16,279 nucleotides of DNA from an uncultured Gammaproteobacteria bacterium (GCA_964360965.1 CAYHYM010000012.1:1-16279), one strand, 5' to 3'; positions 6,438-15,253 are shown, counted from the stretch's first letter. Translations and numbers: made by a program. The notes: generated by a model from the sequence alone, not told the origin.

Positions 6438-7760
6438 ATGAATAAATATGAACCAGTAATTGGGCTTGAGGTACATGTAGAGTTGAATACCAAAAGTAAG
6501 ATGTTTTGCAGATGCAGCGCTGATTATTTCGGTAAAGAACCAAATACTCATACTTGCCCTGTATGTCTGGGCCTTCCCGGAGCTTTACCTTATATTAATG
6601 AGCAAGCAATAAATGATTGTATAAAAATAGGCCTGGCCTTAAATTGCAAAATTAGTAAAATTTCTCTATTTGAAAGAAAAAATTATTTTTATCCGGATTT
6701 GCCAAAAGGGTATCAGATTTCCCAATACAGATGGCCATTGTGTGTTAATGGCTGGATTAATGTAGAAGGTAAAGATGGTGAAGAAGTAAAGATCAGAATA
6801 AATAGAGCGCATCAGGAAGAGGATACCGGTAAGTTAACTCACAAAGGTGCAGATACACTGATTGATTTTAATAGATCCGGGGTGCCTTTGGTCGAAATAG
6901 TCACTGAACCGGATTTTAGAGATGTAGCAGAAATAAGAGATTATGCCAAGAAGTTGCAACAACTCTTTAGGTATTTAGGGGTCTCCAATGCTGATATGGA
7001 GCGGGGTGACATGAGATTGGAGGCGAACGTTTCCGTTCGTCCTGAAGGTACTGAAGGGCTACCTAACTATAGAGTAGAGCTTAAAAACATAAACTCTTTT
7101 CGGTTTATGGTAGCTGCTGTGGAATATGAAATAAAAAGGCAGACAGAGGCGCATGATGCAGGTGAAAAGCTTAGTCTGGAAACAAGAGGTTGGGATGAGG
7201 ACAAAAAGTGTACATATTTACAAAGAAGTAAAGAAGAAGCTCATGATTACCGCTATTTTCCCGAACCTGATTTACGGGAGATTCGAATTGACACTTCCGA
7301 TGTGGAAAAACTACAGGTTCAATTGCCTGAATTACCCCGGGTAAAGGGTAACAGATTTGAGGAAAAGTATAGTTTATCAAAACAGCAAGCAGTAATTTTA
7401 ACAGAATCAAGGCAATTGGCTGCTTTTTTTGAGGAAGCTGTTAAAGACGGCAAAGATCATGGGCTAGAAGCTAAGACTGTGGCCAATTATATTATTAACA
7501 GGAAAATTAATATTAAAGAAGTTTTACCGGCTCAAGTGGTAATAGAGATAAGGGATAGAGGAATGGGGGTAATTGAGGATTTAGGGGAGTTAGAAAAAAT
7601 GGCAAAAGAGGCTGTGGAGGAAAATCCCAGAGTAGTAGAGGATTACCAAAAGGGAAAAAAAACAGCTATTCAAGCCTTAATTGGATCAGTAATGAAAAAA
7701 TCTCAAGGGAAAGCAGAACCAGAAAAAATAAAAAAAATCTTAGAAAGGTTATTAAAATGA
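6438..7760 (+). CDS. gatB: Asp/Glu-tRNA(Asn/Gln) amidotransferase subunit B
   Basis: MNKYEPVIGLEVHVELNTKSKMFC, CPVCLGLPGALP, KNYFYPDLPKGYQISQ, DYRYFPEPDL. Start moved from the track's TTG 6360 to ATG 6438 because the conserved N-terminus begins there. Confidence 0.92.
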   Translation: MNKYEPVIGLEVHVELNTKSKMFCRCSADYFGKEPNTHTCPVCLGLPGALPYINEQAINDCIKIGLALNCKISKISLFERKNYFYPDLPKGYQISQYRWPLCVNGWINVEGKDGEEVKIRINRAHQEEDTGKLTHKGADTLIDFNRSGVPLVEIVTEPDFRDVAEIRDYAKKLQQLFRYLGVSNADMERGDMRLEANVSVRPEGTEGLPNYRVELKNINSFRFMVAAVEYEIKRQTEAHDAGEKLSLETRGWDEDKKCTYLQRSKEEAHDYRYFPEPDLREIRIDTSDVEKLQVQLPELPRVKGNRFEEKYSLSKQQAVILTESRQLAAFFEEAVKDGKDHGLEAKTVANYIINRKINIKEVLPAQVVIEIRDRGMGVIEDLGELEKMAKEAVEENPRVVEDYQKGKKTAIQALIGSVMKKSQGKAEPEKIKKILERLLK

Positions 7761-7788
7761 CAATTGAAATTAAAAGTAATTTACCCAC

Positions 7789-7819
7789 TTGAAATGCCTC
7801 TTCATAGTGCTGGTAAAAT
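7789..7819 (+). promoter_or_regulatory. Candidate dnaE promoter: -35 TTGAAA (7789-7794), 19-nt spacer, extended -10 TGgTAAAAT (7811-7819)
   Basis: Hexamer matches read from the sequence. The spacer is longer than the optimal 17 nt. Confidence 0.3.
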
Positions 7820-7835
7820 AACATAAGTAAAAGCA

Positions 7836-7858
7836 GTCATTCCGAGCGAAGCAATGAC
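7836..7858. repeat. Hairpin element gtcatt-ccgagcgaagc-aatgac in the dnaE leader
   Basis: Exact 6-bp inverted repeat. The loop gagcgaagc resembles the ggcgaagcg core of the htpX and gatC copies. The right arm creates the decoy ATG at 7854. Confidence 0.6.
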
Positions 7859-7868
7859 AGGAAGAAAT

Positions 7869-10800
7869 ATGGCAAAGTTTGTTCATCTACATGGTCATAG
7901 CGAATACTCTCTTTTAGATGGAATATCCAAGATTTCCAAACTGGTAAAAACCATCAAAGATTTGGGGATGGATGCGCTGGCTTTAACCGATCATGGAGTG
8001 ATGTATGGGGCAATTGAGTTTTATAAAGCCTGCAAGGCATACAACATTAAACCAATTATTGGGGTGGAAATGTATGTAGCCAAAAGATCACATAAGGATA
8101 AAGAAGCAAATGTGGATAATGAACCATATCATTTAACAATTCTGGCCAAAAATTATCAGGGTTATTTAAATTTAATGAAACTTGTTTCAATTTCACACCT
8201 GCAAGGTTATTATTACCGCCCCAGGGTAGATAAAGATCTACTGCGACAATATCATGAAGGTTTAATAGCTTTATCAGGTTGTCCGTCAGGTGAGTTTGTC
8301 AAAAATTTAAATGTTCAAAGCATGAAAGATGCAAGAGGGGTGGCAGAGCAATATTTACAAATATTTGGGGAGGGAAATTATTATTTTGAGCTACAAAACC
8401 ATAATTGGTTAAAACATGCAGAAAATGTTCAGGATCAAGTAATCAAACAAGAATTGGAAAGAATGGGTAAGCTCCAGGATTTAACTTTTAAAACAGTCAA
8501 AGAATTATCCAAAAAAATAGGGATACCAGTGGTTGCCACCAAAGATTTTCATTATATAGAAAAGCAGGATGCCGAAGCTCATGATGCGGTACTTTGTGTC
8601 CAGACAGGAAAGCTGATCACTGACACCAGGAGGTTAAGGATGATTGATACCCCGGAATTTTATGTAAAATCCGCAGAGGAGATGGCGGAAGATTTTGCGG
8701 ACTTGCCGGAAGCTTTAAAAAATACCGTAAAAATAGCGGCTCGAATCAATGTTGAAATAGAGCTGGGGAAAGCCATATTTCCCATCTTTCAAACCCCGGC
8801 AAATATGCCATCCATGGAATATTTAAGAGAGCTGACTTATCAAAAAGCAACAGAAAAAGTTGAGATGACAGAGGAAATAAAAAAAAGATTGGATTATGAG
8901 CTGGATATTATAGAACATAAAAAATATGCGGACTACTTCCTGATTGTGGCGGATTTTATAGATTGGGCTCACCAGAGGGGAATAATCACCAATACCAGAG
9001 GTTCAGCGGCAGGTTCTTTAGTGCTTTATTGTCTGGGAGTGACTAATTTAAGTCCACTGGACTATTTGCTGCCTTTTGAAAGATTTTTAACAAAAGACAG
9101 GCCCACCATGCCTGATATTGATGCGGACCTGGCAGATGACAGAAGAGATGATGTGATCCGTTACCTGATGAGTAAATATGGGGAAGATAAGGTAACTCAC
9201 ATTGTCACTTTTGGAACCATGATGGGCAGGGCAGCCATTCGGGATATAGGGAGAGTTTTAGGGGTATCTTATGGGGAGGTAGATCGAATTGCTAAACTGG
9301 TTCCTCCACCCAAGCAAGGTTTCCATGTACCTTTATCAAAACATATAAGGGAAATACCGGAGTTGACTGATGCATATAAATCCAGTCCCCAATTTAAAAA
9401 AATGCTTGATTTGGCAGTTAAAATAGAAGGGACAATCAGACATGCCTCTGTTCATGCCGCCGGTATTTTAATATCACCGGTGGATATCACAAATTATACT
9501 CCTGTTCAAAAAGAAACCAGTGGAGATAAAGTTGTTTCACAATATGACATGTTTTCTACGGTTGATGAATATGGAGGAATTGGTCTGGTTAAGTTGGATC
9601 TTTTGGGAATAAGAAATTTATCAATATTAGGCAGAGCTGTTGAGTTTGTGAAAAATAATCAGGGAAAAGAAGTTGATATTGAAAAAATTCCTTTTGACGA
9701 TAAGAAAACTTTTGAACTGCTATCAAGGGGAGAAACTATGGGAGTATTTCAGCTTTCCTCCAGCGGTATAACCAGATATTTAATGGATTTAAAACCCACC
9801 AATATCTTTGATATCCAGGCCATGGTGGCTTTATACAGACCAGGACCGCTGAGCGTAATCCCCGAGTATATCTTAAGAAAACACAACCCCAAAAAGATTA
9901 CTTATTTTGATCTAAGAATGAAGGAATATACAGAACAATCACTGGGACTTTTGGTTTATCAGGATGATGTAATTTTAACGGCCACCAATATTGCCGGGTA
10001 CTCCTGGCCGCAAGCGGATAAATTAAGAAAAGCCATGGGGAAGAAAAAACCGGAAGAGATGGTAAAAGAAAAAGATCATTTTGTAGAAGGCTGTGTTGAA
10101 AATGGTATGAAAAGAGAGAAAGCAGAAGAACTTTTTAAGCTGATAGAGACTTTTGCCGCATATGGATTTAATAAAGCGCATGCTGCCTCCTATGCCATAG
10201 TTTCCTATCAAACAGCATATATGAAAGCTAATTTCCCGGTTGAGTATATGGCTGCTGTTATGACTGCTGAATATGGAGACACTGAAAAAATTGCCCAGGC
10301 TATTGAGGAATGTAAAAAGATGGGGATAGTGGTACTACCTCCTGATATCAATTTTTCCGGCATAGGTTTTACTGCGGGAGGGAACATCCGGTTTGGCTTG
10401 TCTGCTATCAAAAATGTGGGAGTATCCGCAATAGAGTCAATTTTAAAAGCAAGGGAGGATGGCGAGTTTAAATCATTATCCGACCTTTGTTCACGGGTAG
10501 ATACCAGACTGGTTAACAGAAAGACTTTGGAAAGTTTAATAAAGGTAGGGGCATTTGATAATTTTTCATCCCGCGCGGCCCAGCTTTTGATTTTGGATTC
10601 CTGTTTGGAACTAAGCCATAAAAATAGCAGGAGGGAAGCTATGGGACAGGTTCAGCTTTTTGAGGATGATACATTTTCCTCTTTGGATTTAAAATTACCT
10701 AATGTGGAGGAAATGCCGCTGGAACAGTTATTGCTTTTTGAATATGAACTGTTGGGTTTTTATTTGCATGAACCTCCCTATTACCAAAAGCTAAAGTTGC

Positions 10801-11327
10801 TGCCCGATTATGTTTCCGTTGAAATTTCTGATTTGGCAGAAGAACATGTGGGGGGAAAACTTACCATTGGCGGGGTAATAGTCAATGTTAAAAAAGTTTT
10901 TACCAAAAAAACAAACAGGGAAATGGCTTTTTTAACTATTTCAGACGGAATTACCACTTTGGAACTGGTAGTTTTTCCTAAAATATATGACGAGTCAAAA
11001 TCTTTTTTGCAAAAAGATGCTGTTGTCATTATAGATGGAAGAGTAGAAAAAAGGGATGAGGTAATATCTGCTATTGCGGAAAATATTTCTTTATTTGATC
11101 CTCAAAATTTTGAAAAAATTGCCCAGGCTTTTGAAATAAATGTGCCGGCAGGAACCGATGTCAGAGTGCTAAACGCAGTTAATAAAACCTTGCGCCAAAA
11201 TCCCGGCAGTACGAAAGTGTCGCTGCTGCTGCCAAATGGTGACCGCCCTAAAAAAATGATTTTGCCTTTTAAGGTTTTTATAAATCCACAATTGGTTTTT
11301 GAAATAAAACAGCTACTGCATCAGTAG
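7869..11327 (+). CDS. dnaE: DNA polymerase III alpha subunit (DnaE)
   Basis: PHP N-terminus FVHLHGHSEYSLLDG, MPDIDADL catalytic aspartates, YRPGP, ADKLRKAMGKKK, GFNKAHAASYA, C-terminal OB region. Start at MAKFVHLH (7869), preceded by a GGAAG Shine-Dalgarno-like sequence. Confidence 0.95.
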   Translation: MAKFVHLHGHSEYSLLDGISKISKLVKTIKDLGMDALALTDHGVMYGAIEFYKACKAYNIKPIIGVEMYVAKRSHKDKEANVDNEPYHLTILAKNYQGYLNLMKLVSISHLQGYYYRPRVDKDLLRQYHEGLIALSGCPSGEFVKNLNVQSMKDARGVAEQYLQIFGEGNYYFELQNHNWLKHAENVQDQVIKQELERMGKLQDLTFKTVKELSKKIGIPVVATKDFHYIEKQDAEAHDAVLCVQTGKLITDTRRLRMIDTPEFYVKSAEEMAEDFADLPEALKNTVKIAARINVEIELGKAIFPIFQTPANMPSMEYLRELTYQKATEKVEMTEEIKKRLDYELDIIEHKKYADYFLIVADFIDWAHQRGIITNTRGSAAGSLVLYCLGVTNLSPLDYLLPFERFLTKDRPTMPDIDADLADDRRDDVIRYLMSKYGEDKVTHIVTFGTMMGRAAIRDIGRVLGVSYGEVDRIAKLVPPPKQGFHVPLSKHIREIPELTDAYKSSPQFKKMLDLAVKIEGTIRHASVHAAGILISPVDITNYTPVQKETSGDKVVSQYDMFSTVDEYGGIGLVKLDLLGIRNLSILGRAVEFVKNNQGKEVDIEKIPFDDKKTFELLSRGETMGVFQLSSSGITRYLMDLKPTNIFDIQAMVALYRPGPLSVIPEYILRKHNPKKITYFDLRMKEYTEQSLGLLVYQDDVILTATNIAGYSWPQADKLRKAMGKKKPEEMVKEKDHFVEGCVENGMKREKAEELFKLIETFAAYGFNKAHAASYAIVSYQTAYMKANFPVEYMAAVMTAEYGDTEKIAQAIEECKKMGIVVLPPDINFSGIGFTAGGNIRFGLSAIKNVGVSAIESILKAREDGEFKSLSDLCSRVDTRLVNRKTLESLIKVGAFDNFSSRAAQLLILDSCLELSHKNSRREAMGQVQLFEDDTFSSLDLKLPNVEEMPLEQLLLFEYELLGFYLHEPPYYQKLKLLPDYVSVEISDLAEEHVGGKLTIGGVIVNVKKVFTKKTNREMAFLTISDGITTLELVVFPKIYDESKSFLQKDAVVIIDGRVEKRDEVISAIAENISLFDPQNFEKIAQAFEINVPAGTDVRVLNAVNKTLRQNPGSTKVSLLLPNGDRPKKMILPFKVFINPQLVFEIKQLLHQ

Positions 11328-11349
11328 ACTTTTCTAATTTTCTAAAATA

Positions 11350-11358
11350 TGTTATATT
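11350..11358 (+). promoter_or_regulatory. Candidate extended -10 (TGtTATATT), 9 nt upstream of rplS ATG
   Basis: TGn plus a near-consensus hexamer, with no Shine-Dalgarno in between. Confidence 0.3.
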
Positions 11359-11367
11359 TTAGCTGTC

Positions 11368-11682
11368 ATGATCTCAAAGAAGATTCAATCCTCAACTATT
11401 CATATAGGTGATCAATTGCGGGTGCATATTCGGGTTAAAGAAGGAGAGAGAACCCGCGTACAAGTTTTTGAAGGTATTTTAATAAGACTTCGGGGTAGGG
11501 GAGAAAATTGTACTTTTACTGTTAGAAAAATTGGTGCTTTGCACATAGGGGTGGAAAGGAGTTGGCCTTTGGATTCAAATTCCATAGTTAAAATTGAAGT
11601 TAAAAGGAAAACTACCGGCGTGAGAAGGTCTAAGCTTTATTATCTGCGTGATCTTATTGGAAAAGAAGCAGTAAGAGTTTAG
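11368..11682 (+). CDS. rplS: 50S ribosomal protein L19
   Basis: [26 protein letters not shown]...[19 protein letters not shown] is the L19 signature region. Confidence 0.93.
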   Translation: MISKKIQSSTIHIGDQLRVHIRVKEGERTRVQVFEGILIRLRGRGENCTFTVRKIGALHIGVERSWPLDSNSIVKIEVKRKTTGVRRSKLYYLRDLIGKEAVRV

Positions 11683-11697
11683 GGATCGATCAAAGTA

Positions 11698-12315
11698 ATG
11701 ATAACCCCCACTTTAAATTTAGAAAAACAGCTTTGGCAAAAAGGCTATTCATATATTTGTGGACTTGACGAAGTTGGTAGAGGCTCATTTGCCGGGCCTG
11801 TTTGCGCGGGAGCTGTTATTTTTCCCCAAAAATTCCAAATTATAGAAGGTTTAGCTGACTCAAAACTTCTAAAGCCTCGCCAGCGAGAGCATTTGGCTGA
11901 AGAAATCAAAAGGGAAGCTTTAGGATGGTCAGTGGCGGAAGTTGGTGTGGGACCCATTAATAAGGTGGGAATAGGTAAAGCAACTCAAATGGCCTTCCGC
12001 AAAGCTATTAAATCCCTTAGTAAATCTCCAGACTTTATCTTAATTGATGCCTTTTACATTAAACATTTAAATCGTAATAAACAACAGGCTGTTAAAGATG
12101 GGGATAAGATTTGTGCCTCAATTTCCGCTGCTTCCATTATTGCCAAAGTACATCGGGATAAACTGATGAAAAAGCTACATTTTAAATACCCTAAGTATGA
12201 TTTTGGTAAGCACAAGGGTTATGGAACAAAAAGACACCGGGAAGCCCTTAAAAAATATGGCCTATCAAAAGTTCACAGAACATCATTTAATTTACAGAAA
12301 TTTTTAACTTTTTAA
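11698..12315 (+). CDS. rnhB: Ribonuclease HII
   Basis: GLDEVGRGSFAGPV, ADSKLL, SAASIIAKV.RD, KGYGT; sits in the usual rplS-rnhB-yraN neighbourhood. Confidence 0.9.
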   Translation: MITPTLNLEKQLWQKGYSYICGLDEVGRGSFAGPVCAGAVIFPQKFQIIEGLADSKLLKPRQREHLAEEIKREALGWSVAEVGVGPINKVGIGKATQMAFRKAIKSLSKSPDFILIDAFYIKHLNRNKQQAVKDGDKICASISAASIIAKVHRDKLMKKLHFKYPKYDFGKHKGYGTKRHREALKKYGLSKVHRTSFNLQKFLTF

Positions 12316-12345
12316 ATCACACCTCCGAGGTGAAATGAAGGAGTT

Positions 12346-12705
12346 ATGAACAATACACTGACTGGAAATAAAGGTGAAGATTTGGCTTGTGAATACCTTA
12401 AAAAGAATAGATACAAGATTTTGGAAAGAAATTTTAGGATAAGGGGAGGGGAGATAGATATCGTAGCAAGAGATGGGGAATATTTAGTTTTTGTGGAAGT
12501 TAAGGCAAGGCACTCTCATGAATATGGACCACCCGCTGAATCAATTACACCCTGGAAAATCAGAGCGCTTAAAAAAACCGCCCTTTTTTATATTATGAAA
12601 ACTAAATGGAATGATAGAGGATACAGATTTGATTTTATGGGAGTAGATTTTACTGATGATATGGAGAATCCCAAAATTGAGTTAATTAAAAATATTACTG
12701 GTTGA
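12346..12705 (+). CDS. yraN: YraN family (UPF0102) predicted endonuclease
   Basis: GNKGEDLACEYLKKNRYKILERNFRIRGGEIDIVA....LVFVEVKAR matches the YraN pattern. AAGGAG lies upstream. Confidence 0.85.
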   Translation: MNNTLTGNKGEDLACEYLKKNRYKILERNFRIRGGEIDIVARDGEYLVFVEVKARHSHEYGPPAESITPWKIRALKKTALFYIMKTKWNDRGYRFDFMGVDFTDDMENPKIELIKNITG

Positions 12706-12730
12706 CTTATTTCAGATTTTTGTTTAAATT
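12702..12730 (+). promoter_or_regulatory. Candidate purQ promoter: -35 TTGACT (12702-12707), 17-nt spacer, -10 TAAATT (12725-12730), 6 nt before GTG 12737
   Basis: Near-consensus -35 at optimal spacing, overlapping the yraN stop codon. Confidence 0.35.
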
Positions 12731-12736
12731 AAAGTA

Positions 12737-13417
12737 GTGCCTCAAGAGAGAGTAAAAAACCCTTTAGATGTAGCAATTGTTAGATTTCCAGGATCAAATT
12801 GTGATTTTGATACCTTAAGATTTTTTCAAAGAAGAGGCCACAATCCTCAATTTTTATGGCATGAAGAGAGTGAGACTCCCAAAGCAGACTTATTGGTTTT
12901 GCCTGGTGGTTTTGCTAATGGTGACAGAGTTTTTAACAGGGCTACTGAATCTTACTCTATAGATCCAGGAGTTCAGGCACTAAAAGCTCCTGTGATGAAA
13001 ACTGTTTATAGGTGGGCAAAAGCAGAGTTACCTATCCTAGGTATTTGTAATGGTTTCCAAATTTTAGTGCACGCTGGGCTTTTGCCAGGAGCTCTGCTTC
13101 GAAATGAACAAGAGAAATTTTTCTGTGATGATGTTGACGTTAGGGTTGAGGGTAAGTCCTTTTTTGGTGCCCAGTTTATGACTGGGAATGTTTATAGAAT
13201 AAATGTAGCCCATGGTTTTGGTAGGTATAGTGGTGATGGTCACGAAAATGTTTTTTTAAGATATTATGGCTTTAATCCCAATGGCTCCTTTGAGGATGTG
13301 GCTGGAATTTGTAATGAAGATGGAAATATTTTTGGAATGATGCCACATCCAGAGAGAGCTGATCCGGCAACCAGAATATTATTTTTGGAGGCTATAGAAA
13401 AATATGTCAGAGATTGA
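12737..13417 (+). CDS. purQ: Phosphoribosylformylglycinamidine (FGAM) synthase, glutamine amidotransferase subunit PurQ
   Basis: [16 protein letters not shown], nucleophile [22 protein letters not shown]...AGI, MMPHPER. GTG start. Confidence 0.85.
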   Translation: MPQERVKNPLDVAIVRFPGSNCDFDTLRFFQRRGHNPQFLWHEESETPKADLLVLPGGFANGDRVFNRATESYSIDPGVQALKAPVMKTVYRWAKAELPILGICNGFQILVHAGLLPGALLRNEQEKFFCDDVDVRVEGKSFFGAQFMTGNVYRINVAHGFGRYSGDGHENVFLRYYGFNPNGSFEDVAGICNEDGNIFGMMPHPERADPATRILFLEAIEKYVRD

Positions 13418-14960
13418 AGACCAAGGTTTGAGGGAAACAATTTTAGAGGTAATGCACTCTGAGCATTGTAGCTATAAGAGTACCAGAAGATATCTGGCAG
13501 GTCTTTATACAGAAGGTGAGCATGTTATCCAAGGACCTGGTGAGAATGCTGGCATTGTTAGTTTGGGTGGAGGGCTGGCTTTAGCTCTTCGGATGGAAAG
13601 TCATAATCACCCCTCTGCTATAGACCCTTACCAAGGAGCTGCTACAGGGGTTGGGGGGATAATTAGGGATATTTTTACCATGGGAGCAAGACCAATTGCC
13701 CTGGTAGATCTGCTAAGGTTTGGTACAGCCCACAACTCATCTTATTTATTGGAAGGAGTAGTTAGGGGCATCTCTGATTATGGAAACTGTGTGGGTGTGC
13801 CAGTGGTAGGCGGGGAAGTCTTTTTTGATAAGGCATATAATGAAAATCCACTTGTAAATGTAGCTTGTATGGGGTTAGTAGAGGAAAAGAATATCATCTA
13901 TGGGCATGCTCTAACGCCTGGTAATGATTTAATCTATGTGGGTGCTAGAACAGGTAGAGATGGAATTCATGGTGCCACCATGGCTTCACAAGTGTTTGAT
14001 GCTAATTTACCAGATAAGAGTACTGTTCAAAGTGGTGATCCCTTTCTAGAAAAACTATTAGTAGAAGCGTGTGTTGAACTGGTTGAGACTGACTATTTAG
14101 AGGGAATGCAGGATATGGGAGCTGCAGGACTGCTTTGTGCTAGCACAGAGGTGGCTTGGAGGGGTCAGAAAAGAACTGCTTTGCCTATTGGAGCTAGAAT
14201 TTACTTAGACAGGATACCCATAAAGGCTGAGAATATGACCCCGAGAGAGTTTATGTTATCAGAATCTCAAGAAAGAATGATGATTGTGGGTAAGAGAGGA
14301 TATAGAGATAAGATTCTCTCTTTATTTAAGAAATGGGATTTGGAAGCTGTAGTAGTGGGAGAGGTTACTTGTGATGGAAATTATACTGTGGTGTTTACAG
14401 AAGATGGAGAGGAGAGGCAGGAAGTTATGGGTTTAGCAGAGATTTGTGGTGATTTGGAGGAAGATTGGCCACTAAACAGCTGGCAAACACAGGGTGGATC
14501 ATACATCAAAGCCTCTGATGCTACTTTAAGAGGAATCTGGCAGCAATATGATTGGAGGGTGGGAACAAGAACAATTAAAGGTCCAAATATGCCAGGTCAT
14601 TTTGCTATTCTAGATATTGAGGAAATTGATAAAGAGCTGGTAGTTTCCTGGTCATCTGATGAAGGTAAATCTGATATAGATCCAGCTGTTGGTGTTAACT
14701 ATGCTTTTAAAAAAGCCCTAGCTTATCAAAGATATTTAAATGCTCATCCCTTAGGATTAACAAATTGCTTAAACTTTGGTTATCCTGAGGATTCCATGGG
14801 TGCATTTGCTCAAACTACAGAAGAGTTAGCAAAGGTTTGCAAAAAATATCAGGTGCCTGTAGTTAGTGGAAATGTTTCTTTATATAATGGAGTATCACAT
14901 GGTCCTTCTATTAAACCAACCCCTATTTTAGTAATGGTAGGCTTAAGAAATAAAATCTAG
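13404..14960 (+). CDS. purL: FGAM synthase subunit PurL, short form that appears to lack the C-terminal subdomain
   Basis: [75 protein letters not shown], and a second-half GNVSLYN about 25 aa before the stop. Overlaps purQ by 14 nt. Confidence 0.8.
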   Translation: MSEIEDQGLRETILEVMHSEHCSYKSTRRYLAGLYTEGEHVIQGPGENAGIVSLGGGLALALRMESHNHPSAIDPYQGAATGVGGIIRDIFTMGARPIALVDLLRFGTAHNSSYLLEGVVRGISDYGNCVGVPVVGGEVFFDKAYNENPLVNVACMGLVEEKNIIYGHALTPGNDLIYVGARTGRDGIHGATMASQVFDANLPDKSTVQSGDPFLEKLLVEACVELVETDYLEGMQDMGAAGLLCASTEVAWRGQKRTALPIGARIYLDRIPIKAENMTPREFMLSESQERMMIVGKRGYRDKILSLFKKWDLEAVVVGEVTCDGNYTVVFTEDGEERQEVMGLAEICGDLEEDWPLNSWQTQGGSYIKASDATLRGIWQQYDWRVGTRTIKGPNMPGHFAILDIEEIDKELVVSWSSDEGKSDIDPAVGVNYAFKKALAYQRYLNAHPLGLTNCLNFGYPEDSMGAFAQTTEELAKVCKKYQVPVVSGNVSLYNGVSHGPSIKPTPILVMVGLRNKI

Positions 14961-15012
14961 ACGCGTAAAGGCTATTTTAAAGAGTCTCGACCTGTCCTAG
15001 GCCACTATTTCT

Positions 15013-15089
15013 TGGCGGCGCCAGCGGGAGTCGAACCCGCGATTTCCGGGATGAAAGCCCGATGTCCTAGACCACTAGACGATGGCGCC
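15013..15089 (-). tRNA. tRNA-Glu (anticodon UUC) with encoded CCA
   Basis: Folded by hand: 7-bp acceptor GGCGCCA/TGGCGCC, D arm GTCT/GGAC, anticodon stem TCGGG/CCCGG with loop CTTTCAT, 5-nt variable loop, T arm GCGGG-TTCGACT-CCCGC, discriminator G, CCA. Confidence 0.95.
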
Positions 15090-15171
15090 AATTCAGAGTT
15101 CCAGATGATATCTTACACAGACTGGAGGAGTTTTTCAAATCATTTCTACAGGAAGGTCTAAACTCTGAATT
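15090..15171. repeat. 11-bp inverted repeat aattcagagtt (15090-15100) / aactctgaatt (15161-15171) abutting the 5' end of tRNA-Glu
   Basis: Exact reverse complements separated by 60 nt. The proximal arm begins at tRNA position -1. Confidence 0.55.
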
Positions 15172-15194
15172 TGCTTATACATTTGGGCTAAAAA

Positions 15195-15210
15195 ATGCAT
15201 AATTATGCAT
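15195..15210. promoter_or_regulatory. Perfect 16-bp palindrome ATGCATAATTATGCAT in the spacer between the orphan gene and tRNA-Glu; candidate dimeric protein binding site
   Basis: Exact palindrome read from the sequence; intergenic, upstream of the tRNA on the - strand. Confidence 0.35.
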
Positions 15211-15253
15211 AGCTCCCCCTGAAACTCATAAAGTTTTTAGTTAAATTAAGGGA

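Noticed and set aside
6294-6551. 85-aa ORF on the - strand spanning the gatA-gatB spacer.
   Set aside because: It consists of the two GC-rich palindromic elements read in reverse plus the antisense of the conserved gatB N-terminus. This is a typical repeat-generated spurious ORF.
7024-7039. Hairpin cgaacg-tttc-cgttcg in gatB, followed by gttcgtcctga, which resembles the repeat-family motif.
   Set aside because: It encodes EANVSVRPEG, which aligns without extra residues to the conserved GatB segment (D/E-A-N-x-S-x-R-P). I treat it as a coincidental palindrome in ordinary coding sequence.
7854-7868. dnaE start at ATG 7854, as in the ORF track.
   Set aside because: That ATG lies in the right arm of the hairpin element. 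DnaE proteins conventionally begin right at the FVHLH PHP motif, and a GGAAG Shine-Dalgarno-like sequence precedes ATG 7869.
7869-11327. Possible intein or large insertion in dnaE.
   Set aside because: The 1152-aa length is normal for DnaE, the conserved motifs follow one another at normal spacing, and no intein splice-junction or homing endonuclease block motifs are visible.
11330-11345. Tandem duplication ttttctaa-ttttctaa after the dnaE stop.
   Set aside because: Only two copies of an AT-rich 8-mer in an AT-rich spacer, with no dyad symmetry. Not enough to call a terminator or a regulatory repeat.
12320-12332. 13-nt palindrome cacctc-c-gaggtg between rnhB and yraN, which could be another mini-element.
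   Set aside because: It is too short, has a 1-nt centre that cannot form a hairpin, and shares no block with the other elements. It may simply be part of the ribosome-binding region.
15001-15009. The 9-mer gccactatt just 3' of tRNA-Glu recurs at 16271-16279, which could be att-like direct repeats bracketing the tRNA and the orphan gene.
   Set aside because: A single 9-nt match has a non-negligible chance expectation in 16 kb. It does not include tRNA sequence as true tRNA-targeted att sites usually do, and the second copy sits at the arbitrary window edge inside an ORF.
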